Assembly: GCF_018977255.1 (NCBI RefSeq)
Contig: NW_024704760.1
Coordinates: 9,424,001 to 9,488,000, forward strand
Reading direction: 5' to 3'
From: Callorhinchus milii
Taxonomy: Eukaryota
Length of the DNA stretch: 64,000 bases
The notes below the pieces were generated by a model that was given only the letters and a program-made list of their open reading frames with translations, made no database searches and was not told where the DNA came from. Below are positions 38,060 through 50,900 of this stretch, piece after piece. The translations under genes and the position numbers were made by a program. Numbering within the stretch: position 1 is the first letter of the stretch; every line of letters begins with the position of its first letter.

Positions 38060-38545
38060 AAACAAATCCTTGCATTTGATATAATGCTTTTTATGTCAGG
38101 AGGGCATCTCAAAGCACTTCACGGGATTTACTGTAAACTGTAGTGACTGTGTATTTTGTCAGTGAATATCACAACATGAACATTTGCACATAGCAATGCC
38201 CCAAACATAGCCATGGAGCGAATGACCAATTTTATTTGGGGATTATTGGCCAGGACACCAGGAAAAACTTCCTTCTCTTGTTGAATAGTGCCATGGGATC
38301 TTTAACGTCCACCTGAACAACAACAACAACAACTTGCACTTATATAGCGTCGCTCAGGCAGGGTAGTGTCCCAGAGGGCTTGACAGAGACAGAGCACGAC
38401 GGGGAGGTGAACGTAGGTGCGGTCAAAGAGGAAGGTCTTCAGGCACGACCTGAAAATGGGGAAGGAAGGGACAAGGCAGAGGGATAGAGGAAGCATGTTC
38501 TAAAGTTTTGGGCCGTTAATGTCTCATTTTAAGGATGGCACCAGA
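38060..38545 (-). mobile_element. Deu-domain SINE with a nested L2 3' fragment (about 38318-38515)
   Basis: SINE sequence breaks at ccacctgaaca into an (AAC)n L2 tail and resumes at ttaatgtctcattttaaggatggcacc. Confidence 0.82.
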
Positions 38546-38881
38546 AGGCCCAGCCCTCCTGCCTTGACGTTCAGTATTGCTGTTTTCATCAGAATAAACT
38601 CAGTGGTTTGGATCCAAGATTAATATTTTTGCGTCTCTTGTTGTATTGTGGGATTATTGTGACAGGCCTGACTTGTCCCATTGTCATCTTATCAGTGTGA
38701 TGACCTCAGAAACAATTTGGCTTGCTCCCAAATGGTCCCACGTGGTAACTTAAGTCGATGTCAGCCTGGCTCAATTCATTCTGCCTCTGGGTCTGAAGAT
38801 TGTGGGTTCAAACCCCACGTTGGGCCTTCAGTGTAGCGGTGGGGAGGGTGCTGCATTGTCAGAGGTGCTGTCCTTCACAGA

Positions 38882-39390
38882 CAGTAAAGCTCGCATAAGT
38901 CTTATCTTTATAACTCATATAATCACCTGAGTTGTAGATTCGCTCGAATCCCATGCAGTTTCCTATCAAAACCATTTAGATTTCTCTGCACTACTCATAT
39001 TAATCACGCCCGCACCCCTGCCCTTCATTACTCCTGTACTTACTGGCTGCATTCAATCGCGAGAAATGACATCCTGACCTGTCGCCACATGCAATCTTAC
39101 CAGCCGGTTGCATTGAATTGTGAGAAACATAATATTGATCCATTGCCACATGCACAGAAGAACTTCATTTCCTGCGTTTCCAATGCGATTCCAATACTTA
39201 CCGATAGTGCACATGCAGCAACGGGTCAAAGACGCATTGAATCGCAGGAAGTGTAGTCTTGACCCATCACCACAAACGCACTTACCGGCTGCATTGAATT
39301 ACACATGCACAGTGTAGATTGTTGATTAAATCGGATTTCTATAACATATCATTTGCCTGCAACTTGGACTTCGTATAAGTCATATTAACC
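38882..39390 (+). mobile_element. Longer non-autonomous Tigger/pogo-like element with internal subrepeats
   Basis: Starts CAGTAAAGCTCGCATAAG; homologous to 47686-47915 and to both halves of the 61342-61502 MITE. Confidence 0.7.
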
Positions 39391-39391
39391 A

Positions 39392-39700
39392 CTTGGCCGA
39401 ACCAATCTGTTTAATACTCCATGAGTCTTCTTCACTCCCTCCCATACACTCAATTCCTCTCTCATGTGAAAGTCTAGCTTCTCTTGAATACATCTATATT
39501 ATCTGATTCAATCACTGCTGTAGGGAGCAAGTTCCATGATTTCACTATCCTCTGCGTGAAGTCCAAAGTTCTCTTTTAGATCCACTAGTCGCTATCTTAT
39601 ACTTATGTTCCCTGGTTACAGACTCCCCAACCAGTGGAAACACCCTATTGATGTTAACCTTATCAAACACTTTTACAATTTTAAACATCTCTATTGGGTC
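39392..39700 (-). mobile_element. CR1 LINE 3' fragment
   Basis: Minus-strand IEMFKIVKVFDKVN..RVFPLVGESVTREHKYKI remnant. Confidence 0.85.
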
Positions 39701-39859
39701 CTTTTGTATGTGTCTAGTGTCACCAATAGATACTAACCTGTTTACATACAGGTGATACATAATAATAAGAATAATATTTAATATTTCAGGAGGCAGATAG
39801 TTCCCACTTAACCCACTTTGACATGGTTAGATTTAGAGTAAAGCTGCCAGTACTGTACA

Positions 39860-40300
39860 ATAACAAACCATTTACACTTGTATAACGCCTTTCACGTAGG
39901 AGAATGTCTCAAAGTGTGTGGCAGAGACTGAGCTCAAGCTAGGAGGGAGATGGGGGAGGTAGGCTGGAGAGCAGTACATTCATTAATGTCTGAGAAAGGC
40001 ATGGATGACGTTTTTGGCTGCGTTGGAGTGAGGCAGAGGCGAGTGTTGTGTGATGGAAGAAAGTCAACTTGGTCAGAGCATGAGTGAATCATTTAAAGGA
40101 AATTGGGGGTGGTGGTGATGAACAAAATACTGAGGTTCCACACAGTGTGTCGGAGCGAGCGAGAGGAGGTTGATACAGTTAGCGCTTTAAGTGAGGAGAC
40201 GCTGGTGGGAGCCGATCAGGAGCGACACTCTTTTATCAGAGTTGAGTTGGAGAAAGTTACGGTTCATTCACGACGTGATGTCTGACGGGCATCTATCAGA
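39860..40300 (-). mobile_element. Decayed L2 fragments
   Basis: Tail stem-loop plus cagagttgagttggagaaagtt (reverse of NFLQLN). Confidence 0.65.
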
Positions 40301-41959
40301 ACAGCAGTGGTCCTGGAGTGGAGGGTGGACACAGAAAGGTTCAGTCTCGTCCCAGTTCCTGCTTCCTACAACAAACACCTTTTGGACCTCTCTGGAGTGA
40401 GATTCTCTAGTGTTGGAGCTGGCTGCTGTTCTGCTACGTACCTCGGATCTGACATGAGGCTTCCCAAACCCATCGAGGTCCGAGCAAACAGCAGAGCAAG
40501 GAGACTGGCGACTGCTCTAAGCAGTTCAGCCTAGATTCCAGTCCGTTTCCCCGAATACCAGGAGAGATTCCTAACTAACTCCAGCGCCCTTTCCCCTGAA
40601 ACCTACTCTAAATTCAATTACATGCTCTGTGCAGCTCATAATCCTTTGACTTTCAGACAATGCCCTGAAACTCAACGCATTCCTCTCTTGTTTTTTAGCG
40701 TCGCCACAGTAATTGGAGAAATCACTGGCACATTTACAACCAATTCAACAAGTCAGGAAGATGGAATCACGTGGTATCGTCTATTACTGGCCCTGATGAA
40801 GATTGACAGTAACTTTGTTGCTTTAATAGAATTACACCAGGGTTTTTTTTTAAATGAAAGTTTATTAGAAATTTGGAACCAGGATTTCCAGTTACAGGTC
40901 AGGACAATGGTCAGGATAATGAAATTCAATGCTCCTGGGCTGTAATTCATTCCATCACCGAGGGGAAAGGTGGCCCTAGTGAGCAGGAACCCTCTGCTGG
41001 GGAGGACCAATCCCAATGTGTAATCTCTCTAATTTGCTCTGCATTTTCCAGTTCATCTGCTTTGTAAATAAACAGTTGGAACCAGAACAGCGGCTCTGAT
41101 CAGTTCGAGCTCAGAGATGCTGAATCCTCACTGGCTGAGTTCACCTCCTAAAGCGTGACAGTAAAACTTCCTTTTATGCCCGAAGCCTCTTAATTCTCTT
41201 GTAATGTTTAAATCCTCTTAAATAAACACACTTCAAAGGCCAAAATGAAATATCCTGTTACTTTATAAATGTTCAAAACTTTGGCCTTCGAGTTGCTTAA
41301 CTTTCTGCCGGAAAGCAATGCAGTGGTTTGTTACCCACATGAGGGATGGAGTAAGATTTGGAGATTAGTACTGTGCTGTCTCATACCAGGGCACCAATTC
41401 AGTGCAGAAGACAAAAGCAACAATACAGAAAGAGTATCTCACATGACTTTAACATTAACATGTGTATAATGTGTGTGGGCATGCATTAAGGTGGCATGTG
41501 TGTTGTGCGTGGCGTGTGTTTGTGTGTGCATGTACAGGCGGAGGTCTCAGAGCGCTTCCTAGAATTTACTGTAAAGTGCAGTGACTGTTTATTTTTCAGA
41601 TGAACACAGCAGACAATTTTGAGCACAGCAACTCGCACAAACAGCCATGACACATGTCTTTTATGGACTATTTCAAAACTAAAAATGAATTGCAAAATTG
41701 CCCAAATCTACATGCTCTGAAAGACTCTGCGAAAGTCTTCATACCCAGGTTAATGACTCCCCGCAGCAGGCTGGCTAGTAGTTTAAAGCATGAATGCAGA
41801 GGTTATTTGAGTTTATATGGATGAGATCAACCTGTCTTCAGTTGAACATTGGCAAGGCAGGTGCCCTCCTTGCCTGATTTCAATCTTACTTTTCCCATCG
41901 TCTGCACTTTGTATCCACCAACCGCTTCTCCTCCTGCCCTCATACTATCACATGCAGCG

Positions 41960-42700
41960 TTCAACAGAGCTCTTTCTTTGGTCCTCTCCTCTTAAATACC
42001 TACATGCTGCCTCTTGGTGATGCCATCCGCAGGCATGGGGTTAATTTCCATATGTATGTGGATGACGTCTAACTCTCTCTGTCTCCACCCTCGGCCACTG
42101 CTGTCCTGGAGGATTGTCTGTCAGACAAAGTCCTGGATGAGAGCTAACTTTCTCCAGTGGGACGTTGACAAGACAGAGGCCTTCCTGCTTGGTCTCTGTC
42201 AGCACCTCTTCACCTCAGGTGAGGACAGTACCAATATTCATGTATGCACTCTACACCTCACTGAGCCAGCATGGAACTTGTTGTCCTGTTCGCTGCTCAA
42301 CTATCCTTTAAACTGCACATCCGTGCATTGGCCTGTTCTGCCTTCCCCACTTCCACAACATCGCCCACCTCCACGACTGGCTCAGGCCACCGAGACCACA
42401 TTCACGTATTCATGACATCCAGCCTCAACTAAGCTAACTCTCAGCTCGCAGGACTTCCCAACACTTCCCTCTGCAAGCTGAAGCTTATTCAGAATTCAGA
42501 GCAAGTGTCCTCTACCGCACTAAGCTTTGTGACCCTACCCTCCCCATCCTCACCTGGCTTCACTGGTTCCCCATCCTCCAGAGGATAAGTTCAAAATCCT
42601 CGTCCTTGCTTTTAAAGCTCTCCACAGTCTTGTTCCTCCCTACTTCTGCAACACCCTGCCAACCTGTCTGCTTCCTCCCCTCGGAGGGCACTCACCCATT
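41960..42700 (+). mobile_element. Decayed L2 ORF2 (RT core to C-terminus)
   Basis: H.YVDD motif (catatgtatgtggatgac), SWMRANFLQ..VDKTEA, later FKILVLAFKALH; frameshifted. Confidence 0.82.
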
Positions 42701-45700
42701 GTGAGGAGTCCGGAGCTGAATAAATGTAACTGTGGTGACTGAAGGCTGAAAAGCACACCTGTAGCAAACCCATTGCAAAGATGGTTGTCGATCTTGTAGA
42801 AGTAATTAAAGCCAACGAAAGGATTGCATGCCCTGTTGTGTGCTGGGGGGAAAGGAGACTAAGATCTTAAAAGAGGTGGTGTCTGATTTACGAAGGATTT
42901 TCAACTGCAATTTATTCTGGATGGGAGTAAAAGATGATCCTAGCTTAACCCTTGCAGGGGGCCTGTTTTTAATACAAACATTTACTATCCAAATGTTTGC
43001 ACAGAGGATTGAGGTCCTGCAGATTGTTCCAACCAAGCCCCAAGTTAGGTCAGCGCAATGGGAGTAATGTTAATGCTTTTAAAACCAGGTATTGATTATA
43101 CATTAGAAGTGAAACATGACAACATGCTTTTCTTCCAGGAAGATTATTTGTTAAATGGTGCCGGGTTTGTGGCAGATTCTATCTGTTTCCGGTTTACCTT
43201 GGCTTCGGTCAGGCTGAGTGGCCCTTTGTTCCCCCGGCTGGTACCACTGAGAACACAGAGCCCTGAAACCCGAGCTGAGTAAAAAGCAAATTGATTTCAG
43301 ATGAGAGCACGTTCACTCTGCAGGGCTCGTAGCATAAGGCTATGAATGGGCACTAACATGTATGTGTGGACCCTCCACCTACAGCAGCAAATGGCATCGG
43401 CACAGCTCCCTTCACCGAGGATAACGCCTGAGAGCATCAATGAGTAAAGCTTTTTTGCCGATCAGAACACTTAAATCTTTCACAGTCTGAACAACGTGTC
43501 TCGAATGGGAGAAGCCGTTCGATCCCCCCCCCGCTCCCCCCCCACACCCTTCCGCGCACACGCACGCACGGACGTGTGTGTGTGACAAAACTGAGTGCTT
43601 GTACACACAGCCCGCACAGGCACGATGGACTGAATGGTCTTATGCGCTGAACAATTCTATGGTTCCTGTGTTGAAGCGTTGATGCACAATTTGGTGCGAG
43701 TTCACAGTCAACCCTGAATCCTGCCCTCACCCAGTGCCCACACACACAAGCGCACTTCATCAGGGATTACTACACAGCACAAAGTGCTCCATCTGTGCAC
43801 ACTTATTGTTGTTGGGATTGGCAGAGTGTCTGCAGTGCCAAGAAGAGCAGAAACACTGGTCGATGAAGCCCATCACTGCTGGGACTGAGATCAGCTAACT
43901 CATGGCAGACATAACAACGACAACAAAGTTACATTTATACAGGACCTCTCATATTGGAAGGACGTCCCAAGTCATTGGACATTTAAGTGTTTGCACGCGA
44001 ACTGGGAGTTGGAATCAAAAAGGGTGGAGGATAGAGGAGGTGGCAGGGTGGCCGAAAGCACGATCAAAGAAAAAAGTCTTGAGACACAGATTGAACGTGG
44101 GACATTGCCTTGCGATGTCCTCCCCACGCTAAAGGCTCTGTAACAAATATAATTTGTGGTTGTTGTTACATGCCGTGTTGGTATACTATTCCTGCCTTGT
44201 GTGTTCACAATCGTTCAGTCAGCACATTTACATTTTCATTGTTAACTTGAAAGAATAATACGCTGTTTGAAGTATTGCTGGGACATATTGTAGATTGTTG
44301 GAAGAAGGAAAGATTGAAAGAGGTGAGGAGTTCCTCATTCATGAGAACGGGGACAGAGTGAGTTGGAGGAAGAGTCCAGGCCATTTGACCCATTGGGTTA
44401 ACAATTGAGAACGAAGAGGCAATGCTTGGCTTATCTGTGAAACTGCAGGCGTTTTGACTGACATGTTGGATCTTTGAACACACATTTCACTGAAAGATGT
44501 ATTGCTTGTCAGGAGTTGTGAGAGATTTCTGCTGCACGGGGAATTGTTCCTGGGCGATGTGGCTTTTAAAGTTGCTCAATGCTATTCATGAGCCTGATTT
44601 AAAGGCTTGCTTTAACTTGAGCGTCTGTTTCGGGAAACGGGCATTTAAGAATTACTGTGAGTGAAATGGACGACAGGTTGGCCTTGCTGCCTGATCGATT
44701 CCTATAATGTATAATATAACCCTTGCATTTGATATAGTGAATTATCACATCATTGAGACGTCTCAAAGCGCTTCACAGAATTATACAGAATATACAGTAA
44801 AGTGAATTGACTGTATATTTTGTGGGGTATTTTCCTGTCGGTGACAGAGAAGTCTGAGCAACAGTGAAAAGGTAAACATCAAGGAATTGCCTCAGATTAA
44901 TTACAGATTAGTTCAGGCAACATCAAATCAAGGCTATGCGCATGGTATTTGGATCCTGATTTGGAGCTGGTTTGAGAACTGATGCTGCGTCCAGGTGTTA
45001 GAGAATGCAAGGAGAGGGCAGCCTGGCCCAAGAGCGAGCAGGGCCAGGTGATCATAACATCAACCTACATCAAAGCCATCTTAAGAGGTCTCAGTGGCAA
45101 TATCCATCAACTCCCTCTCCCTCCCCACCCCCACACTAAAAATATGTTCAGCACTTTCTCTGCACTCCCATCCCATTCCACATTTCCAGTGTTTGGGGGT
45201 TCCTGAATTTTTAAATCCAATTTCCAATCTGCTCCTTCAAGTGATACTTTCTGTATGTCCCCGCCTGCTCCATCTTCAGTTCCTACATCCCTAAGCACTG
45301 GAACTTCCTCCCTTCCTCCTCCACTCTGCCTCGGTCCTCTCTTTCTGTCTTTAAATCCCACCTCAAATCCTACCTCTCATTGACCACGCCTCTGCCCCCC
45401 CCCCCCCGCCCCCCATGCTCAGTCCCTGTGAAGCTCTCCGAGACATTTTCCTACATGAGGGGGTTGTATAAACACATGCTTTTGTTATTGTTTGTTGTTA
45501 CCCACAGTGATATTAATTTAATTTTCAGGCAGTGCTCCCCCACTCCCCACCCCCCCCCACCCCCGGTGGGAGCCGGGTTGTTTATTCCTTCCAGCTTCAA
45601 ACTCCAAAAGTCCATCTCCCAAACAAATGTGCATCTGTTTGCATTAAAGGGATCTGATGCAAATTGTTTCCAGTGCTTAAAACAAAGACAAACATTCGAT

Positions 45701-46209
45701 GTATTTAGTCTCGCTACTAAAATAGGTTGCAGTCTGTCCTTGTCTCAAAGGGATCTGTCCAACCTGAATGGTTCAAGATGAGTTGATCTTATCCCTGATA
45801 ATCAGAAATATATTCTATCTGGTATTTTGAAGACAATTTCAACAAAAAAATTGGTCTAACAAGCTGGTTTAACAATTGCCATTAAATTCTTTTTTTGTCA
45901 ACAAATAAACAATCAAAAACAATTTAAGTATATCCTGTGAAGCACTTTGAGACTTTTCGATGACTTGACAAGGCTTTATATCACATGCAAGGATTATTTT
46001 ATTATTTATCAAAATAATAACTTTTTTCCCCCAGTTGTCTCAATTTTTGACATAAAAAGAAAGACAATTGGGAATTAGACTCAAGCCATTTCTTTTGAAA
46101 AACAATGTTCTCGTGAAAAATATCAAAAACTGCAAAGCAAGCTAAATACTAACAATTGGCTAAGGGCTGACGAAAAGATTGTTCCATTGGGAAAAATAGA
46201 TAATTGCCT

Positions 46210-46520
46210 ATAAGTATGCTCTTGCCACTGGTTGAAGAGTCCATAAGCAACCAACACAAGTATAAGAGAATGACTTGGAGATCTGAAAGAAAATTTAGGA
46301 GGAACTACTTCACGCAGAGGGTAGTTTGATTGTTGAACTTGCTGTCTGAAGTGGTGGTTGAATTAGAGAGTGTAGATTTGATAGAAGCTCGATCTTCGCA
46401 TGCGGGAGAGGGGAATAGAAAGGTGTGGGAGTGAATAAGGAGTGGGTGAAGACTTGTATGGAGTAAACGCTGACACAGATTGGTTGGACCAAGTGACCTG
46501 TTTTCGCATTGTACATTTTA
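46210..46520 (+). mobile_element. CR1 LINE 3' fragment
   Basis: tttaggaggaactactttcacgcagagggtag and tail ggttggaccaagtgacctgttttcgcattgtaca. Confidence 0.72.
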
Positions 46521-47314
46521 GTGTAAATCTTTGTAGTTACCTTTCTTTCTGTGTGTGTGTATTGTGAGTTTTATTTCTGTCTCTGACTCTGTCTTTCTAT
46601 GACAGCATTATGTTTGACACAACGCTTTATCATATTAATGAAGTAACCCAGAACACTTCATAGGATATACTGTAAGGTGTAGTGACTGTGTAGTTGCCAG
46701 TGGCAGCCAGTTTTCTAACAACAGTATCTCATAAACAACCATGAAAGGAATGATCAATTTTATTTGCGGAATTGTTGGCCAGGACATCGGGAGAAACTCC
46801 CTTTTCTTTTTGAATAGCGCCAGGGAACCTTAATGTCCACATTCAGAGCAGACCTCGGTTTAAGGTCTTATCCAAAATACAGCACCTCCAACAATGCAAT
46901 TTTTCACAACAGCAACAACTTGCATTTATATTGTGCCTTTACTGCAGATAACGTCTTGGAGCATTTTATAGTGCTTTGCAGTGTTTACTGTAAAGTGTAG
47001 TGACTGGGTATTTTGCAGCCGACTTCAGTCAGGCCAATCAGAGTGTCAATTGAATGGCTTGAATACTAAGGTTGCATTTAAGAATTTGCCAAATTGCACA
47101 AGGTCTGAGAATACAGTAAATCATAAACGCAGGTGTAGTTTTTATCCTAAAATTACACCAATTTTCAATGATAATAACAGTAATTGTTGCATTTGATACT
47201 GTAGCTTATCGCGTCATTGAGATGTCTCAAAGCACTTTGATGATAAACTGTAAAGTGCAGTGACTGTTTTTTGTGGGCGAAATATGATGTTTTTATTGAT
47301 TACTTTTCCTCCAG

Positions 47315-47449
47315 ATGTGGATGAATGTGGAGACAGCAATGGCGGCTGCCAGCAGACCTGTGTCAACATGATGGGGAGTTACGAATGCCGATGTCGGGAG
47401 GGCTTCTTCCTTAGTGACAACCAGCACACCTGCATCCTGCGTCCTGAAG
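47315..47449 (+). CDS. SCUBE3: SCUBE3 coding exon, EGF-like repeat 3: (D)[44 protein letters not shown]
   Basis: Acceptor tacttttcctccag|AT, donor GAAG|gtcaga; 135 nt, phase 1-1. [27 protein letters not shown] is the SCUBE3-type version as I recall it. Confidence 0.93.
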
Positions 47450-47646
47450 GTCAGATCCCATCCTCTCCGCGCAGCACGCAGCCAGGCAATGTGACATTGA
47501 ATGTTAAAATAATCCTGACAGCCCACTCAGCCTGAACCCTGTGGCCTCACCATCTGTTTCCACCAGAGATTGAGCTGTAGTGGAATGAGCGTCTTTGCTG
47601 TGAGCTGCTATCACTGACTCTTGGTAGATTTCTTCATTTAGAAATA

Positions 47647-47915
47647 CAGTAAAACTCGCACCAGTCACCGCCATGTTGTCTAAAACAGTAAAACTCGCAC
47701 AGGTCGTATGTTTATAAATCGTATAATTGCCTAAGTCGTACGTTACCTGAGTCCCATTCAGTTTCCTATCAAAACCACTTAAAGTTCTTGGCACTAGTCG
47801 TATTAATCATCTCCTAACTTGGAACTCCGCTCCCCTACCCTTCATTACTCCCGCACTTACAGCTGCATTGAATTACGCATGCAGTGTAGATTAGTGTTTA
47901 AATGGGATTTCAACA
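47647..47915 (+). mobile_element. Tigger/pogo-like element fragment with duplicated left terminus
   Basis: TA|CAGTAAAACTCGCAC at 47647, repeated at 47686; body homologous to the 38882 element. Confidence 0.72.
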
Positions 47916-50900
47916 CGAAGCAGCCAACATCACCCCACCTTTGGGCAACGCAGCTGCTCAGAAAAGCAATTATATGTAAAATCTGAAGGACGCAAAATGA
48001 ATGGAGTCTTGTACTTTAATGAAACCACAAATTCCTAATGGTTTTTAAAAGGCTTCATATAATGATACCTTAGGAATGGCAACTGATGGTTTATTCCAAT
48101 CCTGGGAAAATCATCTGCATAATAAGCTCATAGCAGCAGAGCAGAACGCAGCTCCATCATTATGGCTATTTGTTCTGAAAGAATCTCCGATTGTTAAACT
48201 AAGTAATGCTAGTTCTTGTTTTCCATTTGCTTTATAAAATACTGAGCTCCTGCCCCAAGGTTTTCAAGTGGTCTATTTCAGTTCCACAAAGGATCTCTGT
48301 TTAAGAGCAGGCTTGTTGTCCAGGCTGTGCCTGTTTTACAGTTAGCACCAAATGATTTCTCTTATAAGAGCATTATAAACACCCATTCAGAGGCAGGTCA
48401 GCCAATCTGGGTCTTATGGGATTCTGGTGACCACCTGACTCCAAGAGCCATGTTTTGGTGAGATTGGTGGTGCTGTGAGCAGGATGGTCTGTCACCCCTG
48501 GGGCCTTGAGCTGAATCCAGAAGTGACTGATGGAGTGGAATGCTCTCTCTCTGTCTTTACTCACTGAAAGGCTTCTGACTGGAAGAGAAAGCCACCTTAT
48601 TGTACTTGCATTTGATGCAGAGCATTCTGTTGAACTATCTCACATAGTCCTTTGCTTTGACGAGTTATTTGAGTAAGGGATTATTGCTCTGTTATGAATG
48701 AATTCACAGTTTAACTTGGAGCGTCTCACGTGGAACTTGTGACAATAGAGAAAGGTCTATTTTAGAATTTGAAACAATGATGGGGATTTTATGCCCCTTT
48801 TTCAGAATCACTGAATCCCGCAGTTCAGTGAAGTCAGTGAGCTGCTGGCTCCAGGTCTCCCATCAGGAGATGATGTTGCTGGTCATTCTTAAGCCTGCTC
48901 ACCAGTTACGGCCATGTTGTCTAGCTGTGACCAGACCACCCCTTTGTCCACCCGCACCAGCAGACCAGCCTGGCCTGTATTACCTTTCCCAGCCCTTGGG
49001 GAGCTTTAAAGCCATAAAACTTTGCCTACAAAATACACCGTCACTACACATTCCAGCTCTCCGAGACGCTGCCCCGTGAGAAGGGCGCTATATATGACCC
49101 AAGTTGTTGTTTACATTAAATCCTGTGAAGCACTTCGAACCGTCCTCTTGGTGCGAAAGGCTGTGTCTAATGTAAGGCTTGTTTCTGTTATTGCCATTGC
49201 TGTGGATGGTGGCTGGGGTGAAGGAATGTAAGTCAAACACAAACAATGTTTCTGTGAGAGAGACGCCAACGATTGCGGATGTGGTTCCGGTGATGATAAT
49301 TTCATAAAAAACAAAAAGTGACAGAATTTTAAATGTGGCCAACCATCAACGGAGGGAATTCAACAGTTTGGAGGTTGTTAAATACTTAAGAATTCCTACC
49401 TTTTGTGTCCCTCTGACGAGGCTTTTTATCGAGGTCTGTGGACAGGAAGCTGAATATAAATATTGTCTGACCTTATTTAGTGTTCAAGAATGTTTTATTC
49501 TACTTTTTACAAAATGTGTGCAATTGCATTTGTTAGTGAATTGACAAAGTAAATTACTGACAGATGTTGGACTGACTAATGTCAATTAGAAGCTGAAAGC
49601 CTGGAGTATTGACATTTCTTTGAACCTTGTGGCTGGGGATATATGTCGCCTAATCTGCTGTTTACAGTAATGATAACGTGTATAAATGAAACTCCCCTCA
49701 TTGGCTTGCTGAGAAGCTCCTGCCCAGTGGAGGGAACAGAATGGATCTGGTTAGATCCCGGCTCAGCACAGAGTTAGCTGGTCTGAGCCAGGCAGAAGAT
49801 GGAGCTCCACCATTGGTGTCAGCAATCCCTGGGATACAGAAGGGAAAGATCAACCAGCGATCCACTTCCAAACCCAATACTCAACCCAATGGGCTGCCAT
49901 TTGCCAGGCTCCACCAGGGTATTTGTCCAAAAACCTGGCCTGAATCCTGGAAACGGATATGTAGCCATTCATGGCCATTCGTCCTTAATTCTACATTACT
50001 TATTAAAGGACCTTCAGCAACAAAATGTGTGCAGTAATGCCCTGTGTGGATTGGGATGTGGAGTAACTAGAGGATCTATAGATACAGGCTAATGGTGCTC
50101 AGATGCCTGGTGCGCTCTGTGTTACTAGTGGCTTGAGCTGCAGTGTTGGACACCGTGGCTGAGTTTGGGCAAAGGAAACGTAACATCAAACCACGACAGA
50201 TTCGAACTAAATTCAGCAGCTCGGTGTCTGCCAGCTGGGAGCCAGGCTTGTCTGGACAGTCTCTGCTAAACTGCTTCTTAACAGATCGAATCAGGCTTCA
50301 CCAACAATAATAATTATTATTTTTAAAAATCCTTGCAGCTATTGCAATACGGTTCAAAAGTCTTGTAAAGTGTTTTACACAGCATTGTTATCAACAACAA
50401 CAAATTACATTTGTATAGTGCCTTTCATGTCAAGAGGACGTATACAGCTCCCTTCAAATATCTCAGAACGCTTGAACAACCTATGAATCAATCCACGTCA
50501 AACTGAAGAATGATAGATTTGATGTTATGAATTCCTCTCGTTAAAGGGTTGTTTTATTGAGTGTTGACCTGGCGCAGGGCTCTGCCCTATATTAATACAA
50601 TATGAAGAGTGAGTCTCATCCTCAGGACTGGCTCCAGAGTTCCTTTATGGCAGCTCTGTGGTCAGGAGCTAATCTTCCTGGCAGATTCGCTTGCATTGTG
50701 CTGGGAAACCGAATGCACATGAAGGCTGCTGTTAGCATGCAGGGATTTCCTGTCTGCCAAGACTGATGCCAATGTCAGTTCTAAGCAGGAGTCCCAGCTC
50801 GGAGACAGTACAACTCTGAGCACGAACACTCCTCTACTATGAACTCGGTTTTCAGCCATCGTCAAAATTAATAAGTAATCCTTTCATTCGCGCATATAGA

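Larger units (their letters stand above)
27367..47314 (+). other. SCUBE3: SCUBE3 intron (19948 nt, GT-AG, phase 1) between EGF2 and EGF3 exons
   Basis: Defined by flanking exons; the joined peptide is colinear with SCUBE proteins with no missing segment. Confidence 0.85.

Noticed and set aside
47450-47535. Read-through of the EGF3 exon giving a short secreted isoform
   Set aside because: A 28-codon open extension is expected by chance and I saw no nearby AATAAA.
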